A stretch of DNA of 64,000 bases from positions 1-64,000 of the forward strand of contig MCFE01000316.1 of the NCBI GenBank assembly GCA_002104905.1. Direction: 5' to 3'. The notes beneath the pieces were generated by a model. It ran no database searches and was not told the DNA's origin. It saw only the letters and a list, made by a program, of their open reading frames with translations. Below are positions 38,801 to 50,271 of the stretch, one piece after another. Source of the DNA: Basidiobolus meristosporus CBS 931.73 (lineage: Eukaryota > Fungi > Basidiobolomycota). The translations under genes and the position numbers were made by a program. The stretch's first letter is position 1. The number at the start of each line of letters is the position of its first letter.

Positions 38801-40739
38801 TCATCCTCAACCTCACTGTGTTCTTGGGCTTCAATTTGGCTGAAGGCTCTTATTAACTGGTGTTCATTTCTTCCCTGAGAGCAGTACTTTGAGATGAGCA
38901 CATGCTGGTGGCATTTGAAACAAAGTAATTTCTGTGGCAATATTCTAAGGAGTATTGGAAGTGATGTGGAGAACTAGAGGATTTAGATATTGGTTACTTG
39001 TGAATTTATTGATCAGAAGTGTGGTATTTATACCTTTGATAAATTAGAGCAAGCAAATATGTAGAGTCTGTTAAGGAAGGTCCCAAGAATATGTGTGCAA
39101 AGTTTGGGGCTTTTTTGAGAAAGATCATAATCTGGGTATCAGATCATTAGGTTAAAATACTCTAAGTAAATCCTGACAGGAAACTTGGTCAGGACAGAAT
39201 GCTAATCAAAGAATAAGATCTATGTGACTAAGTTAGCATGTATATTTTGGTGACAACTTAAAAATTACAACAGTCCCAAGAGCGTGTGTGCAAAGTTTGT
39301 TAGGTGACAACTTGATAATTAACTCTAAACATAGCTGAGTCATGGTCAATGGCAAGCTTGATGGCTTCTTCAAAAGTCCAGGGTATTTCAAAATTCACTT
39401 CCTTGCAAGTTTTTTCTTGCAACCCATCAACAGAGTAAGCAACTTGACCCTGGGGGTGCATTCTTTCAATCTGTGCAAGAAGACATCTATACTAGAGCTG
39501 AGCTTATGCAAAAACTGGAGCTTTAACATACACAACAATGTAATCCTGTGAACACTTGTTGTGCATCAACATTTAAAACTTAGCCTATTTAACTCTGTTA
39601 GAAAATCTAGTACCCTTACTGATTTTCCCTAACCCAAGCATAAATAATCCCAGTTATGGTTTATTTTTGTTACAAGTCTTGGTATAAGAGTTGTAGAGGA
39701 ATAGGGAGTTTAGTCAGTATTGTATTCACTTAAACTTGAACTGATTTCTATTGAGGTTCCAACAGCTTCTTGTATACATTTTGGGCAGATCAATTGCTGA
39801 CTAATTGCATATCCCAATGTAGGTTGTGGCTGATGACACATTTGATTGCATCATCATTACCCAATAAGATCCTACTTGATATATCTATTCTTGTCTGATA
39901 AGGATCTGCTGACTCATCTGCTGACTAATGCCTACTGATTTGATAGATAACACTGATATACTGATAGACTAAACATATAGCTAATTGATTTGACTATAAA
40001 CTGATTGTACTTAAGCATTCAAGCAGTAGATCATAACAATTTATCACTTCTCAGAGTCTATTTTTGGCTGTCACGCCTAATCATTTTTCATGTGGTCATT
40101 ACATCTGCAACTGATCTGCTAGGCCTTTCTAAGTAATTAGTCATCTGAGATCTATCCAACCACTTAGCAGTTGCCAATATATCAGCTGATTGATGATGCA
40201 ATGTCTCATTATCTATTGCACCTATGAACACCCCAACAGATTTTAATTAGTCCAGTCTCTTGTTGCTTACTAATTCAACTTGATCAGAAAAACATAAAAT
40301 AGAGATTACTGAACCTTTTAGTTTAGTGTGTGTCTTAACAAAATTAAGATTGTGCCTTAGCAAAATTAAGTACTCAACAACTCTGTTCTAGTTTCTGCCC
40401 AAGCCTAGCATATCTAGCATTCCAAAGAACACCAAGCCTAGCCTGCATAGCAAGCCAACTCTGTTGCCACTATAGCCCAATTCAGCTATATACAAGACCA
40501 ATATTAGACCAGAACCTCTCTGCCAATATATCTGTCACTCAGAACAACTCTAAGATTCTGCACTTAGTAGTCACTTATGTTCAATTAAGTCATTCAGGAG
40601 CTTATTACACTTTTCTCTTGAATACAACAATGCTACACTACTGGAATGGATAGTCTATTTTGCAACATCTAGAGATGTCAAGAAAACATACACCTTGATA
40701 TATGGTGATTTATGCAGAATTTTGATACAAAGAACTTTA

Positions 40740-41933
40740 TATGTGTAATGGCAATTGGATGTCCTGGCCAATTGGATTCACTTAAAGTAGTTATAGAGCA
40801 CTAAAAGACTGCAATAATACCATGCAAATATTGTCACAGCACCAATAAAATATTGTCAAGTTTTATCCCTTTATTTGGTTGTAAAATTAGCAAAACACTG
40901 TCATGATCCCACCAAAAGATTGTCAGGAGGGTCACTAATTCCAAGCTGGTGGTATTATGATGGTCTCTAAGCAGGATCCTGATGGCTGATCTGGATTGGA
41001 TCTACCTGCAGGACCAAGTTATTTTTCATAGGGTTTAATGAAAGCCATATATTCTACTTGTTCTCTCCACCACTTCTGATATCCCCAAAACTGATACAAC
41101 AGGTACAAGCCAATATCTACAGCATTCAATACAGAGTTTGCATAAACAAGTGCTGAATTACACCTTACAAGAGACTAGAATCCAGCTGGGACCAGGAACA
41201 CACTGGCTAAGTACCAAAAAGTATTTGTAGATATTCAAGAAGTACTGATGGCAAAAGTGGTGAAAACCAAGCTTATATTGGCAAGATGTATATATTACCA
41301 GCCACAAAGGTTATGTGGTAGCTTTGCAAGTATCACACCTAAAAGCCATAAAGCTGAGGTAATTTATGCATGTCAATTGCAGTGGGTATGCATATATGTA
41401 TAAAGGCTAGTGAGCAGGGGCCAGAGTTGTCTTGATTTAAGCTATATGTGGAATACCTATGGTAGTGGTGGGTGAGCAAATAAACAAAAGTGATTCTACA
41501 GTGGAATATATGCATGGCCTATGAGGAGGTAGAAAAAGAAATACCATTTAGTAAGTAGGTATGATAGCATCATATAGGACTAGCAATAAAGGGCTGCTTT
41601 ACTGCTGTGTTAAAGCCAACAGATGTATGTATTGAGGCCTTTAAAATATTGTCAGGTTCTTAACATAGTAGGCAACTGCATGTATTGGCTGGTTAGGTCT
41701 GCTCAGATAAATGCAAACTGCATAAAGAATGAGTGAATGATATGCAAGCCTGGCAAAAAGACTGTCAAGTTTATTACTTTATTTGGCAGTATGTTCAGCA
41801 AAACATCAACATAATCCTGCTATAAGAATGTAAAGCAGGTCAAGACTTCCAAGCTGCTGGCATGATAACAGCCTCATTGTGGGATCCTGATCCAGTTCAC
41901 ATCCACCTGCAGAATTAAATGATTTTCATAGTG
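40740..41933 (+). repeat. Two further CACTA transposase-side terminal fragments (ends 41033 and 41933)
   Basis: Homology to the element's 3' segment. Ends TTTTTCATAGGG and TTTTCATAGTG. Confidence 0.72.
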
Positions 41934-42230
41934 GGGCTTGCTGAAAAAGGCAATTTGTCTACCACAGCCTCCACATCCTACATTGGAGATTGTGTGGAGA
42001 TCCCACTGATAGGCAAAGCAACAACACCAAGAAGTCAGAGGACTATCACAATGCCCAAAGTAGAGTTTTGGAACAGTAACAGGCACACTAAGAGGTGCAG
42101 CACTTCTGCAGGAGCAGTACTCAAGAAATTCACTTCAATGTTGCAAGGATTTCTTGCCAAGTCTGGCAGATGAGGTGCTATACCTTGCAGTGCCAGCTGA
42201 AGACAAGAACATATGCAAACCAGGAAACAA
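41934..42230 (+). pseudogene. Fragment of the CACTA ORF2 C-terminal region
   Basis: AEKGNLSTTASTS..VEIPL..KATT..VEFWN.NRHTKR matches 4440-4620. Confidence 0.75.
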
Positions 42231-43031
42231 GTAGGTAATGAACCAAGTGACCAAGTTAGGTGAATATTCAGGTGTAATTACAAAATTTACCACAAGAAGC
42301 ACATAGATTGTGTCTAAGAGGATCCCAAGAGCTTCTATGCCAAGTTTTGAGCTTTACAAATTTTTCATCTCCTATGTACCTGATAGTTTAGTAAGGTGGT
42401 TAGTTGATCCTGACAAAAATTTGTGCCACATACTCTATGACTCATTTTCTTTGATCAAATAAGTGACCAAGTTAATGGAGTATTTAGATGAAAAAACCAA
42501 AATTGATAACAAGGCCCAATATATACATTCCTGAAAGCCTAAAGAAAGAAATTAACAAAAGGTCAGCAGAATACAATTGTAATGTCTGCAGAATTGCAAC
42601 TTTCCCAAAAGTGACAACACTTGTTATCTTAGGTACTAGCTTCTCAGCAGACAAGCAGGCATCCTTTCCAGGGGGAGACTAGGCTAATTAGCATCCATAC
42701 CAAATTTGGTAATCAGTTGCTTATTGCTTCCACCAAAAGTTGCAACTGAAAATTTGAAGCAGAAACACCAACTGAATACCAGTAAGATACCATCAGAATA
42801 CAAGGTGAATACTAGCTAAGAATCCAATGATTTCCAACTTTGAGATTTTTCACAGGGAAATCAAATATAGCTATAAGCAACTGCTTGTTTGGGCTGTATA
42901 CATTTATTTCTAGCAACACAAGCATTGGGGGGTTCAGATGTTTCCACTAACACCAAACTGCCTTCTATTAATGTGGTCTCTGCACAGCTTGACACCAGGC
43001 CGATTCTGTTCAAGAATATCAAGTGACTCTA

Positions 43032-45181
43032 CTAAGAAACAGGTGAAGGTGGTCTGGGGTTATGTTGAGGGCATCTAAACACTTTGATTTCCCCAGCATG
43101 ATTTCTTTGCTGCTCTGCTGGGGTCAAATTTGGCCACTGAACCTCTAACGCATCCAGTAGTCTGGTCTCATCTATGAAAGGGAGCAATGCAGGGGCCTCC
43201 CAGGATGCGTTGGTCCCTACCATATCTACGGGATGCTTCTTTGGGTAGAGATCAATGATAGGGGAAGCAGGATCCACCATGAGCTTTCGATAACTGAGAG
43301 GCAAAAGATCACATGAGCTAGCTGGGAGCACGCTCATCAGATGTTCTAGAGGCCGAAAGGGTGCACCAAGGCTAAACTTCATGTCAAACGGCGGGAAGGC
43401 TTGCAACTCGGAGACCAGTGGTGCGTAATGGTAGGGATAAAACCAACTCCAAGATACTACGCCACGATAATAGTAATGTAGAAGCCATTGAATCCCTTCA
43501 ATGTAATGCTGTACCACTCGGTTGATGCTAGATCTATCATTGAAGTCTAGATCAAATTTTGACTTGTAATAATGAGACTTCCACCGAAGATATCCGTCTG
43601 TCATTGATTAAGGTAAGCTATGGGGTTCAGTATCTGTCGTAAATTAACAATACCTGTCTCAACTGGCTTGGTGAACCGTCGGGGATCCTCCAAATAATCT
43701 CGTTGAGAACGACTTCTGAATTCCTCGTCTTCGTGGGAGGAAAGGCGGGCAACAAACGCCCTCAGACGGCAAAGGTCAACAGCCCCCTGGTGATTAATGT
43801 AGCCGTCGATCTCTACGAGGGTGAGACGTTAGCTCAGGTTGGCCAGCGATCTCATAGGAATAGAATTTACCTCCGTCCTGAACAAGAGACTTGTATGTGC
43901 TTAACACATATTCCAGAGGATCCCTGACCGTGTTCAGCATCGGCAGTCTAGGCAGGAAGTCATTTCCCACAAAAAAGGTCAACATCACGATATCATCTAT
44001 GATTTTCTCCAAGTCGTAGTCAAAATGCTCCAATGCCTGGAAAGAAGCGAACTCGTGTTCGAAATACTTCCTTAATGTAGAAAGTCGGAAGAGCGTGAAA
44101 TTTTGTGGGTTCAGGGGTTGGCTGGAAACCCAGGCGGTGAGTGTGGGAGTAAGAGATACGGGCCAGACTAGAGTTTACCTTCGGTTTTTGGAGCCAACCC
44201 TGCTCGGAGTGAGCTTCTCCTTCATCACCACAAAATTCGGCTCGTGACTGAGCAAGCCTAGGATAATCAAGTCGGAGTCGGAGCCATAGAGGCAGTGTCG
44301 ATGATCTGGGCTGTAATCAGACGATTCGCTGGCGTTCCTTAGGAATTCCAAAATTTTGTGCTCTCCCTCGCCTGGCACCTATGCTTAAGTTTGTGAATTG
44401 ATTCGCTCCATGTGCTAAGGCTGCATGTTGATGTACCTCGTGGTTTGACACCAGCACCTGGAGCTTTTGCCAATCGGCATCTTTAGATACCTGCCTGCGG
44501 ACAAAATCCTCGAGGTGAGAGGAAAGGTCGTTCATGAATTCGGTGCCTGGTTTATGAAGTTGGTTTAGCATGGTGTATAGATATACAAGTACGCGCGAGA
44601 CAGAAAAACTATACCTGGTGTGATACTATTGGTGTCAAAGGCTCTAGTGTTTTTCGAGTTTCTGGCCAAGCTTTGAACGCTACTAAAGCGCCTGGCTCTT
44701 TGCTGATTTAATTTTGCTCTAGGAGAAACCCCTAACTTGATGAACCAAGGCTCAGCCCGTGTTATCACTACCACACAGGCAAGTGAACTGACCGTCAATC
44801 GCAACGAACAAGAGCTTTTTCGGCTTTATCCTCTTCACCAGATATGCCAGATAGCTTGTTACTGCTCCGAAAACAGTTTCTTCCGAGAATTTCGTTTTTG
44901 GAGCAGCCAATCTTGCCTGACAAGAAGAATGGATAATCCCATTCAGATCCACATACAGGTTATCTATATTCTTTACTTTTGGACACGCATCAGCCAGGGT
45001 CTTTCCACATTCTCCCAAGGGACACTTACGGTAGTTGCAAACACGGTTTTCATTTACATGTTGAAAACATTGGGGGTACTTTTGGCTGTTTGTTTCGAAG
45101 AAAGCGGTTAGGATGTCTTTCGATAATGTGGAGTGAGTCATTCTTTAACCTCAACCACCGATAGAAGTTCGGGATGCCCAT
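43032..45181 (-). CDS. Compact XRN-family (Xrn1-like) 5'-3' exoribonuclease, ~560 aa, 9 exons
   Basis: Spliced model MGIPNFYRWLSQKYP..IDNLYVDLNGIIH..AIDGVSPRAKLNQQRARRF..FDTNSITPGTEFM..EVPGEGEHKI..HCLYGSDSDLI..FVGNDFLP..WFYPYHYAP..LPFIDE. Eight GT-AG introns (first 45149-45086), no frameshift or internal stop, TAG at 43032-34. Confidence 0.88.
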
Positions 45182-46048
45182 GTCGCTTTCAAGGCTGCCA
45201 CACTGGACCTGGAGAGAATCCGGATGCAATACAATTATGGCCTTGATAAATAGCTCAATAAATCTCATCAGCGATAGGCTCAAATCAGATGATTAATTAG
45301 CAGAAATCACAATCGTGACAATTTCTCTGGAACACTACCCACGATTCCTCTATCCCGTGAGAAGAACCAATGGTGCCCGTCTGCGGGATCTCTGTGAACT
45401 GAAGCTTGTTGCAAAGAAAAGGCATACCTGGGCATAATACGAGGCATACGCACTCTCACGAAACACTCTCCCTTGGCCTAATCTGTCGCTGTCCTCCACA
45501 CACAATCCAATGGTGCGAGCGATGGTTGGCAAATCAATGAAGGGGGGAAATCGATGCCTTAGCCATTGTTTATGAAGGTGTTCGAAGTGCCAACGAGGTG
45601 GTAGGGTTATCCAGATCCTGCCAACACATGCGGAGCAAACAAACTTGCTGCTACGTGATGTATGTCTCGAGGTGAGCGTGCCATAGATCGCTCCTGACTT
45701 GATCCATTGATTCAACTAAACGATTGGAACGGGTTCCCATATTTGACCAGGGTGCGTCATAGTGCCAAAATGGAACTCCTCACAAGGTCATCCACACAAT
45801 CGCTTCGAGCCTCATATTCGTAGCAGCTGGTATGACTCTGGATGGTATGGTCATTTTATGCGCATCATGCGTCATCTTCTGAACAATGGACAGTCTCACT
45901 AGGAGAATTGCACAATTCGCTCAAAATCCATTGAATAAATCGCAGGAGTGGCGGCTATTTGATTTCGGTCGGTCATTGATTCCTATATCTCTAAACCAGA
46001 CTCAACCTTAATCCACTAATCCACCGCCATATTTTGACCTTTTGAACC

Positions 46049-46720
46049 ATGTCGTTTAACGAGCCCTTCCCCGATTACTACAGTATCCTTCAAATCTCTG
46101 AGAACGCAACTGATGAGGAGATCCGTGAGGCATACAAACGAGAGGCGTTGAGAAACCACCCGGATAGAAATAGAGAAGATCCTGACGCCACAAGGAAGTT
46201 TCAGTTGATCTCCGACGCCTACTTTATCCTTAGCGATGCCACACGACGATCGCAGTACGACCAAGCAAGACGCAGCCAAAGCCACAGCAGCTGGGCTAGA
46301 CAGTCGCAAGATGCCCCTGCTGCGGATGAGACCTTTGGAAATGTCTTCGAGGAGATCTTAAAGCCCGAGGTTGAAAATCCAAAGTGGCTGTACACTCCTC
46401 TGGGCTCTGTGGCAGGCGGTATATTGGGGTTCATCTGCGGCAGTATACCTGGTGCATTGTTGGTAACAAACAGATCGTAATGCTCTATCGTAAATGTCGA
46501 GTCGGATACTAAAGCTAATGCTTAGGGATCTTTTGCCGGTGCCAAACTAGGTGCAGTTCGTGATAACAAAGGTAAGTGCCCTGTTCCAAGCAATAAATGT
46601 TGACCTTGACCTTATGTGGCCTTATCCACAGGGGTGTCCGTTTATGAAGCATTCATGAAATTGCCACAAACTCAGAAGTATGCCATTCTGCAAGCGTTGG
46701 CGGCCAAAATCCTCAAATAG
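46049..46720 (+). CDS. J-domain (DnaJ type III) protein with a C-terminal Gly-rich hydrophobic segment
   Basis: DYYSILQ..IREAYKREALRNHPDRN..KFQLISDAYFILSD..RSQYD. Exons 46049-46462, 46526-46571 and 46632-46720. Confidence 0.9.
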
Positions 46721-47434
46721 GTTTAGTGGGCTCCGAGACCTGACAACGATCGGCTGCCTTGATACAGAACGACTTATTAGCCTATTGTATGGAACGACAT
46801 CCCATGTTATCGATCCTCTAACTCTTTGTGATCTCTCGAGGTCCCGATCAAGTGTAATCTCAGTATTTGATTGTATAAGAATATAAATGTATCATTTGTT
46901 ATTTGATGGCTGTTTCTTGGCCACTCGTTGATTTTCCTTGAGCCGCCATTCACGTCCTGACCAGGCATCCATTCTTCATACTTTGATGGATCAGCAGGCC
47001 AGGGAGCACTGGGTTGTTTGAGGCGCACATATACCACCCTCCAACATTCGCCTCAATCCAGCATGGAAATCCATAGAGGAAATTGCAATTGTCACCCAGC
47101 TGTGGAAGGGCGTCACATTTGTGGAAGCGACTAAATCATGATGATGGGCCATCGTAATGCTAGTCGCTGGATTGCTTGGTTAAACCAAACCTAAATCCGA
47201 TTCGATCAGTTTGGAGGGTTCCTTGGTAAACGAAAATGCCAGAACAGAAATTAGAGGATTCCACCACTCATGTTAGAGAAAAAAAGGCAGCTCAGAAAAA
47301 AACAAATATCTGTGTGGCCCTGTGTAACCAACCTCCTGGCCTCAGACACTCCACCAAACCAAATTTTTCGGATTCCTGTGAAGGCTGTTGAGATTTCGTT
47401 AGCCACCTGCCCCTTGTAATCTAGAAGCGCCAAG

Positions 47435-49342
47435 ATGATGCAATCTCCCGTTATCGTTATGAGTCAGTTGATTCAGCTCTCAACCATATCTTCGTTGTTG
47501 ACTCCTCTCTAACGAAGGCAATTGCTGACTTACACTAGATACTAATACCCAAAGAGAGTCGGGTAGAAAAGCCCAGATCTCTAACATCACTGCGGCCAAG
47601 GTTCTTACACTTTATTCCTCTGATCCATTCGCTACCTTCTATCCTAACGCAATGCACTTTCCGTAGACCGTAGCTGACGTCATCAGGACCTGTCTCGGTC
47701 CCCGTTCTATGCTGAAGATGTTACTTGATCCCATGGGTGGCATTGTTTTGACCAACGATGGAAACGCTATCCTTCGCGAGGTTGAGGTTGCTCATCCCGC
47801 AGCCAAAAGTATGATCGAGCTTAGCCGCACTCAAGATGAAGAAGTCGGTGATGGCACCACCTCCGTAATCATCCTTGGTAAGATATAGCCCCCACCCTGA
47901 GAGAGTTTCCCGGTCTGTGGCTAAATCCTGTGTTCCACTAGCCGGAGAAGTCCTCGCAACCGCTGCTCCTTATTTGGAACGCAACATCCATCCTATCGTG
48001 ATTATTTCGGCATTGAAAAAGGCACTTGAAGACGCAATCAAGATTGTTGATGAGATCAGCCACCCAGTTGATATCAACGACAACAAAGAGATGTTGGATC
48101 TTATCAAGGCCTCGATCGGCACCAAGTTTGTTAGTCGCTGGAGCGAATTAATGTGCAAGCTAGCTCTTGATGCTGTCAAGTGTGTCGCCACCGACGATAA
48201 CGGAAGACGTGAGGTTGATATCAAAAGATACGCCAGAATCGAAAAGGTAAGATCGAAAGCACCATCTTCGTCCAAGTGCCCGCACGATTAACGCTCGGTT
48301 ACACCAACCACAGATCCCCGGTGGAGAAATCGAGGAATCTCGTGTGCTTGATGGTGTGATGGTGAATAAGGATGTTACTCATCCAAAGATGCGCCGTCGT
48401 ATCGAAAACCCTCGCGTGATTCTTCTCGACTGTCCCCTTGAATACAAAAAGGGGGAGTCCCAGACCAACATCGAAATCACCAAGGAGGAAGACTGGAATA
48501 GAATCCTTCAAATCGAAGAAGAACAGATCAAAGCGTTGTGCGATAAGATCATCGAACTCAAGCCGGACCTAGTCATCACTGAAAAGGGGGTTTCCGATCT
48601 TGCTCAACATTATCTTCTAAAGGCCAATATCACTGCTCTTCGTCGTGTTAGGAAGACCGACAACAACCGTATTGCTAAAGCTACTGGCGCAACCATCGTC
48701 AACCGTGTGGATGATTTGAAGGATGCTGATGTCGGTACCCAGTGCGGACTCTTCTCGGTTGAGAAGATCGGTGATGAATATTTCTCATTCATGACACAAT
48801 GCGAGGATCCTAAGGCTTGTACCGTACTTCTACGTGGTCCTTCGAAGGATGTGTTGAACGAAATCGAGCGTAACCTTCAGGACGCCATGTGCGTTGCCCG
48901 CAACGTATACTTCAACCCCAACCTGGCCCCTGGTGGTGGTGCCACTGAGATGGCTATTAGCGTCAAGTTGGCTCAAAAGGCAAAGACTCTCGAAGGTGTT
49001 GAGCAATGGCCCTACATGGCTGTTTCGGAAGCCATGGAGGTTATTCCCCGTACTCTTGTGCAGAACTGTGGAGGAAATGCTATCAAGGTCTTGACCCAGC
49101 TGAGAGCCAAGCATGCTAATGGAGATCATTCCTGGGGTATTGATGGCCATGCCGGCAAGATTGTGGACATGTTGGAGTACGGTGTCTGGGAACCCAACGC
49201 AGTGAAGGTTCAAACAATCAAGACTGCCATCGAGTCCGCGTGTCTTTTGCTTCGTGTCGACGATATAGTTTCTGGTGTTTCCAAGAAGCAAGCAGCTGGG
49301 CCCAGTGGCCCAGCCCCTACTCCTGAACAAATGGAGCAATAA
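47435..49342 (+). CDS. CCT3: T-complex protein 1 subunit gamma (CCT/TRiC chaperonin)
   Basis: PVIVMNTNTQRESGRKAQISNI.AAKTVADVIRTCLGPRSMLKM..GDGTTSV..VNKDVTHPKMRRRIENPR. Four GT-AG introns. Confidence 0.96.
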
Positions 49343-50271
49343 GCGCAATGATTGTACAACTCATATTTCATCGTCACCTGCAAATGTAATTTTCCTAGTT
49401 GATATCATCTCTTCCACACCCTTTATCCCATAGGCCACAACTAAATACACAGAAGCCGAATGCAGTAGTTTCATCAACTGGATAGCTCGGCCCGTCATTC
49501 CAAACCACTTGGTCATCAATAAAGGCTCGTTCCGGTACATATGGTACGGAAAGTCAATTATCAGTGGCAAGGATATTAGTTGCTTTTTATGTGCATCCGA
49601 CTGTTTGGTATTTCTAACAGATGAATGCCGCATATCGATAGGCCACCCCATATCGGACGAATTTCCCCGAAACAGAGTCGTCTGTTTAGTAATCAGTCAG
49701 AAAATCGACTCGCAGTAGCAGGAGCAACAGGTATAGCAAATAACCGTATGGTATCTCCCTTGAGTGCAGTGATCATGAGGGATACAGTGCGCTGCAATCA
49801 CAGGATAATGGACATGTGAGTGCGGGCTTTACCTCGCTACCTCTTCAATTATGTGGCAATTTGTCCGACTCTTGACCGGTGTACCTCACACGATGGCACT
49901 AACAACCCTTGTCCAGATCTAGGGAACCACGAAATAAAAGCAAACAAGCTCCCAACTATTACGCAGAGAAGAGAGCCATTGTAGCTTTGCCCCACCTGTT
50001 TCATCAACAGTCACTTCTGAAGAAACCTCTTGCGGAAGTGTTCCATTTTGAGGGCCGCTATTTATACGCTAGACTGCTATTTCAGGTTAGTAACTTGTCA
50101 AGCTTTCCGCTCCCTCACCCTTCGAGTTTCTCAATAGTTCCATTCCGTTCGGAAATTCCTACAGAATTCAATTTCCGGGTATTTGAACAGGCTAATTGAC
50201 CACCAAGCTTGGAATCGAATCCACAACTTGATCTTACACTTTCCCACCAGGTTGACTTCGGATCTCCAATC

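Noticed and set aside
1-43030. Classical Neurospora-type CpA RIP as the main mutational process
   Set aside because: CA and TG remain abundant while CG is nearly absent. A few CAA>TAA stops exist, but the dominant visible context is CpG. Needs quantification.
45350-45715. 121-aa ORF between XRN and the J-protein gene
   Set aside because: No recognisable motif and a weak start context. It could be part of a small gene but cannot be supported from sequence alone.
46800-47433. Short minus-strand ORFs between the J-protein gene and CCT3
   Set aside because: I could not assemble a consistent spliced model or identify any family.
49361-49850. Short ORFs between CCT3 and chitin synthase
   Set aside because: No recognisable product, and overlapping frames on both strands are equally weak.
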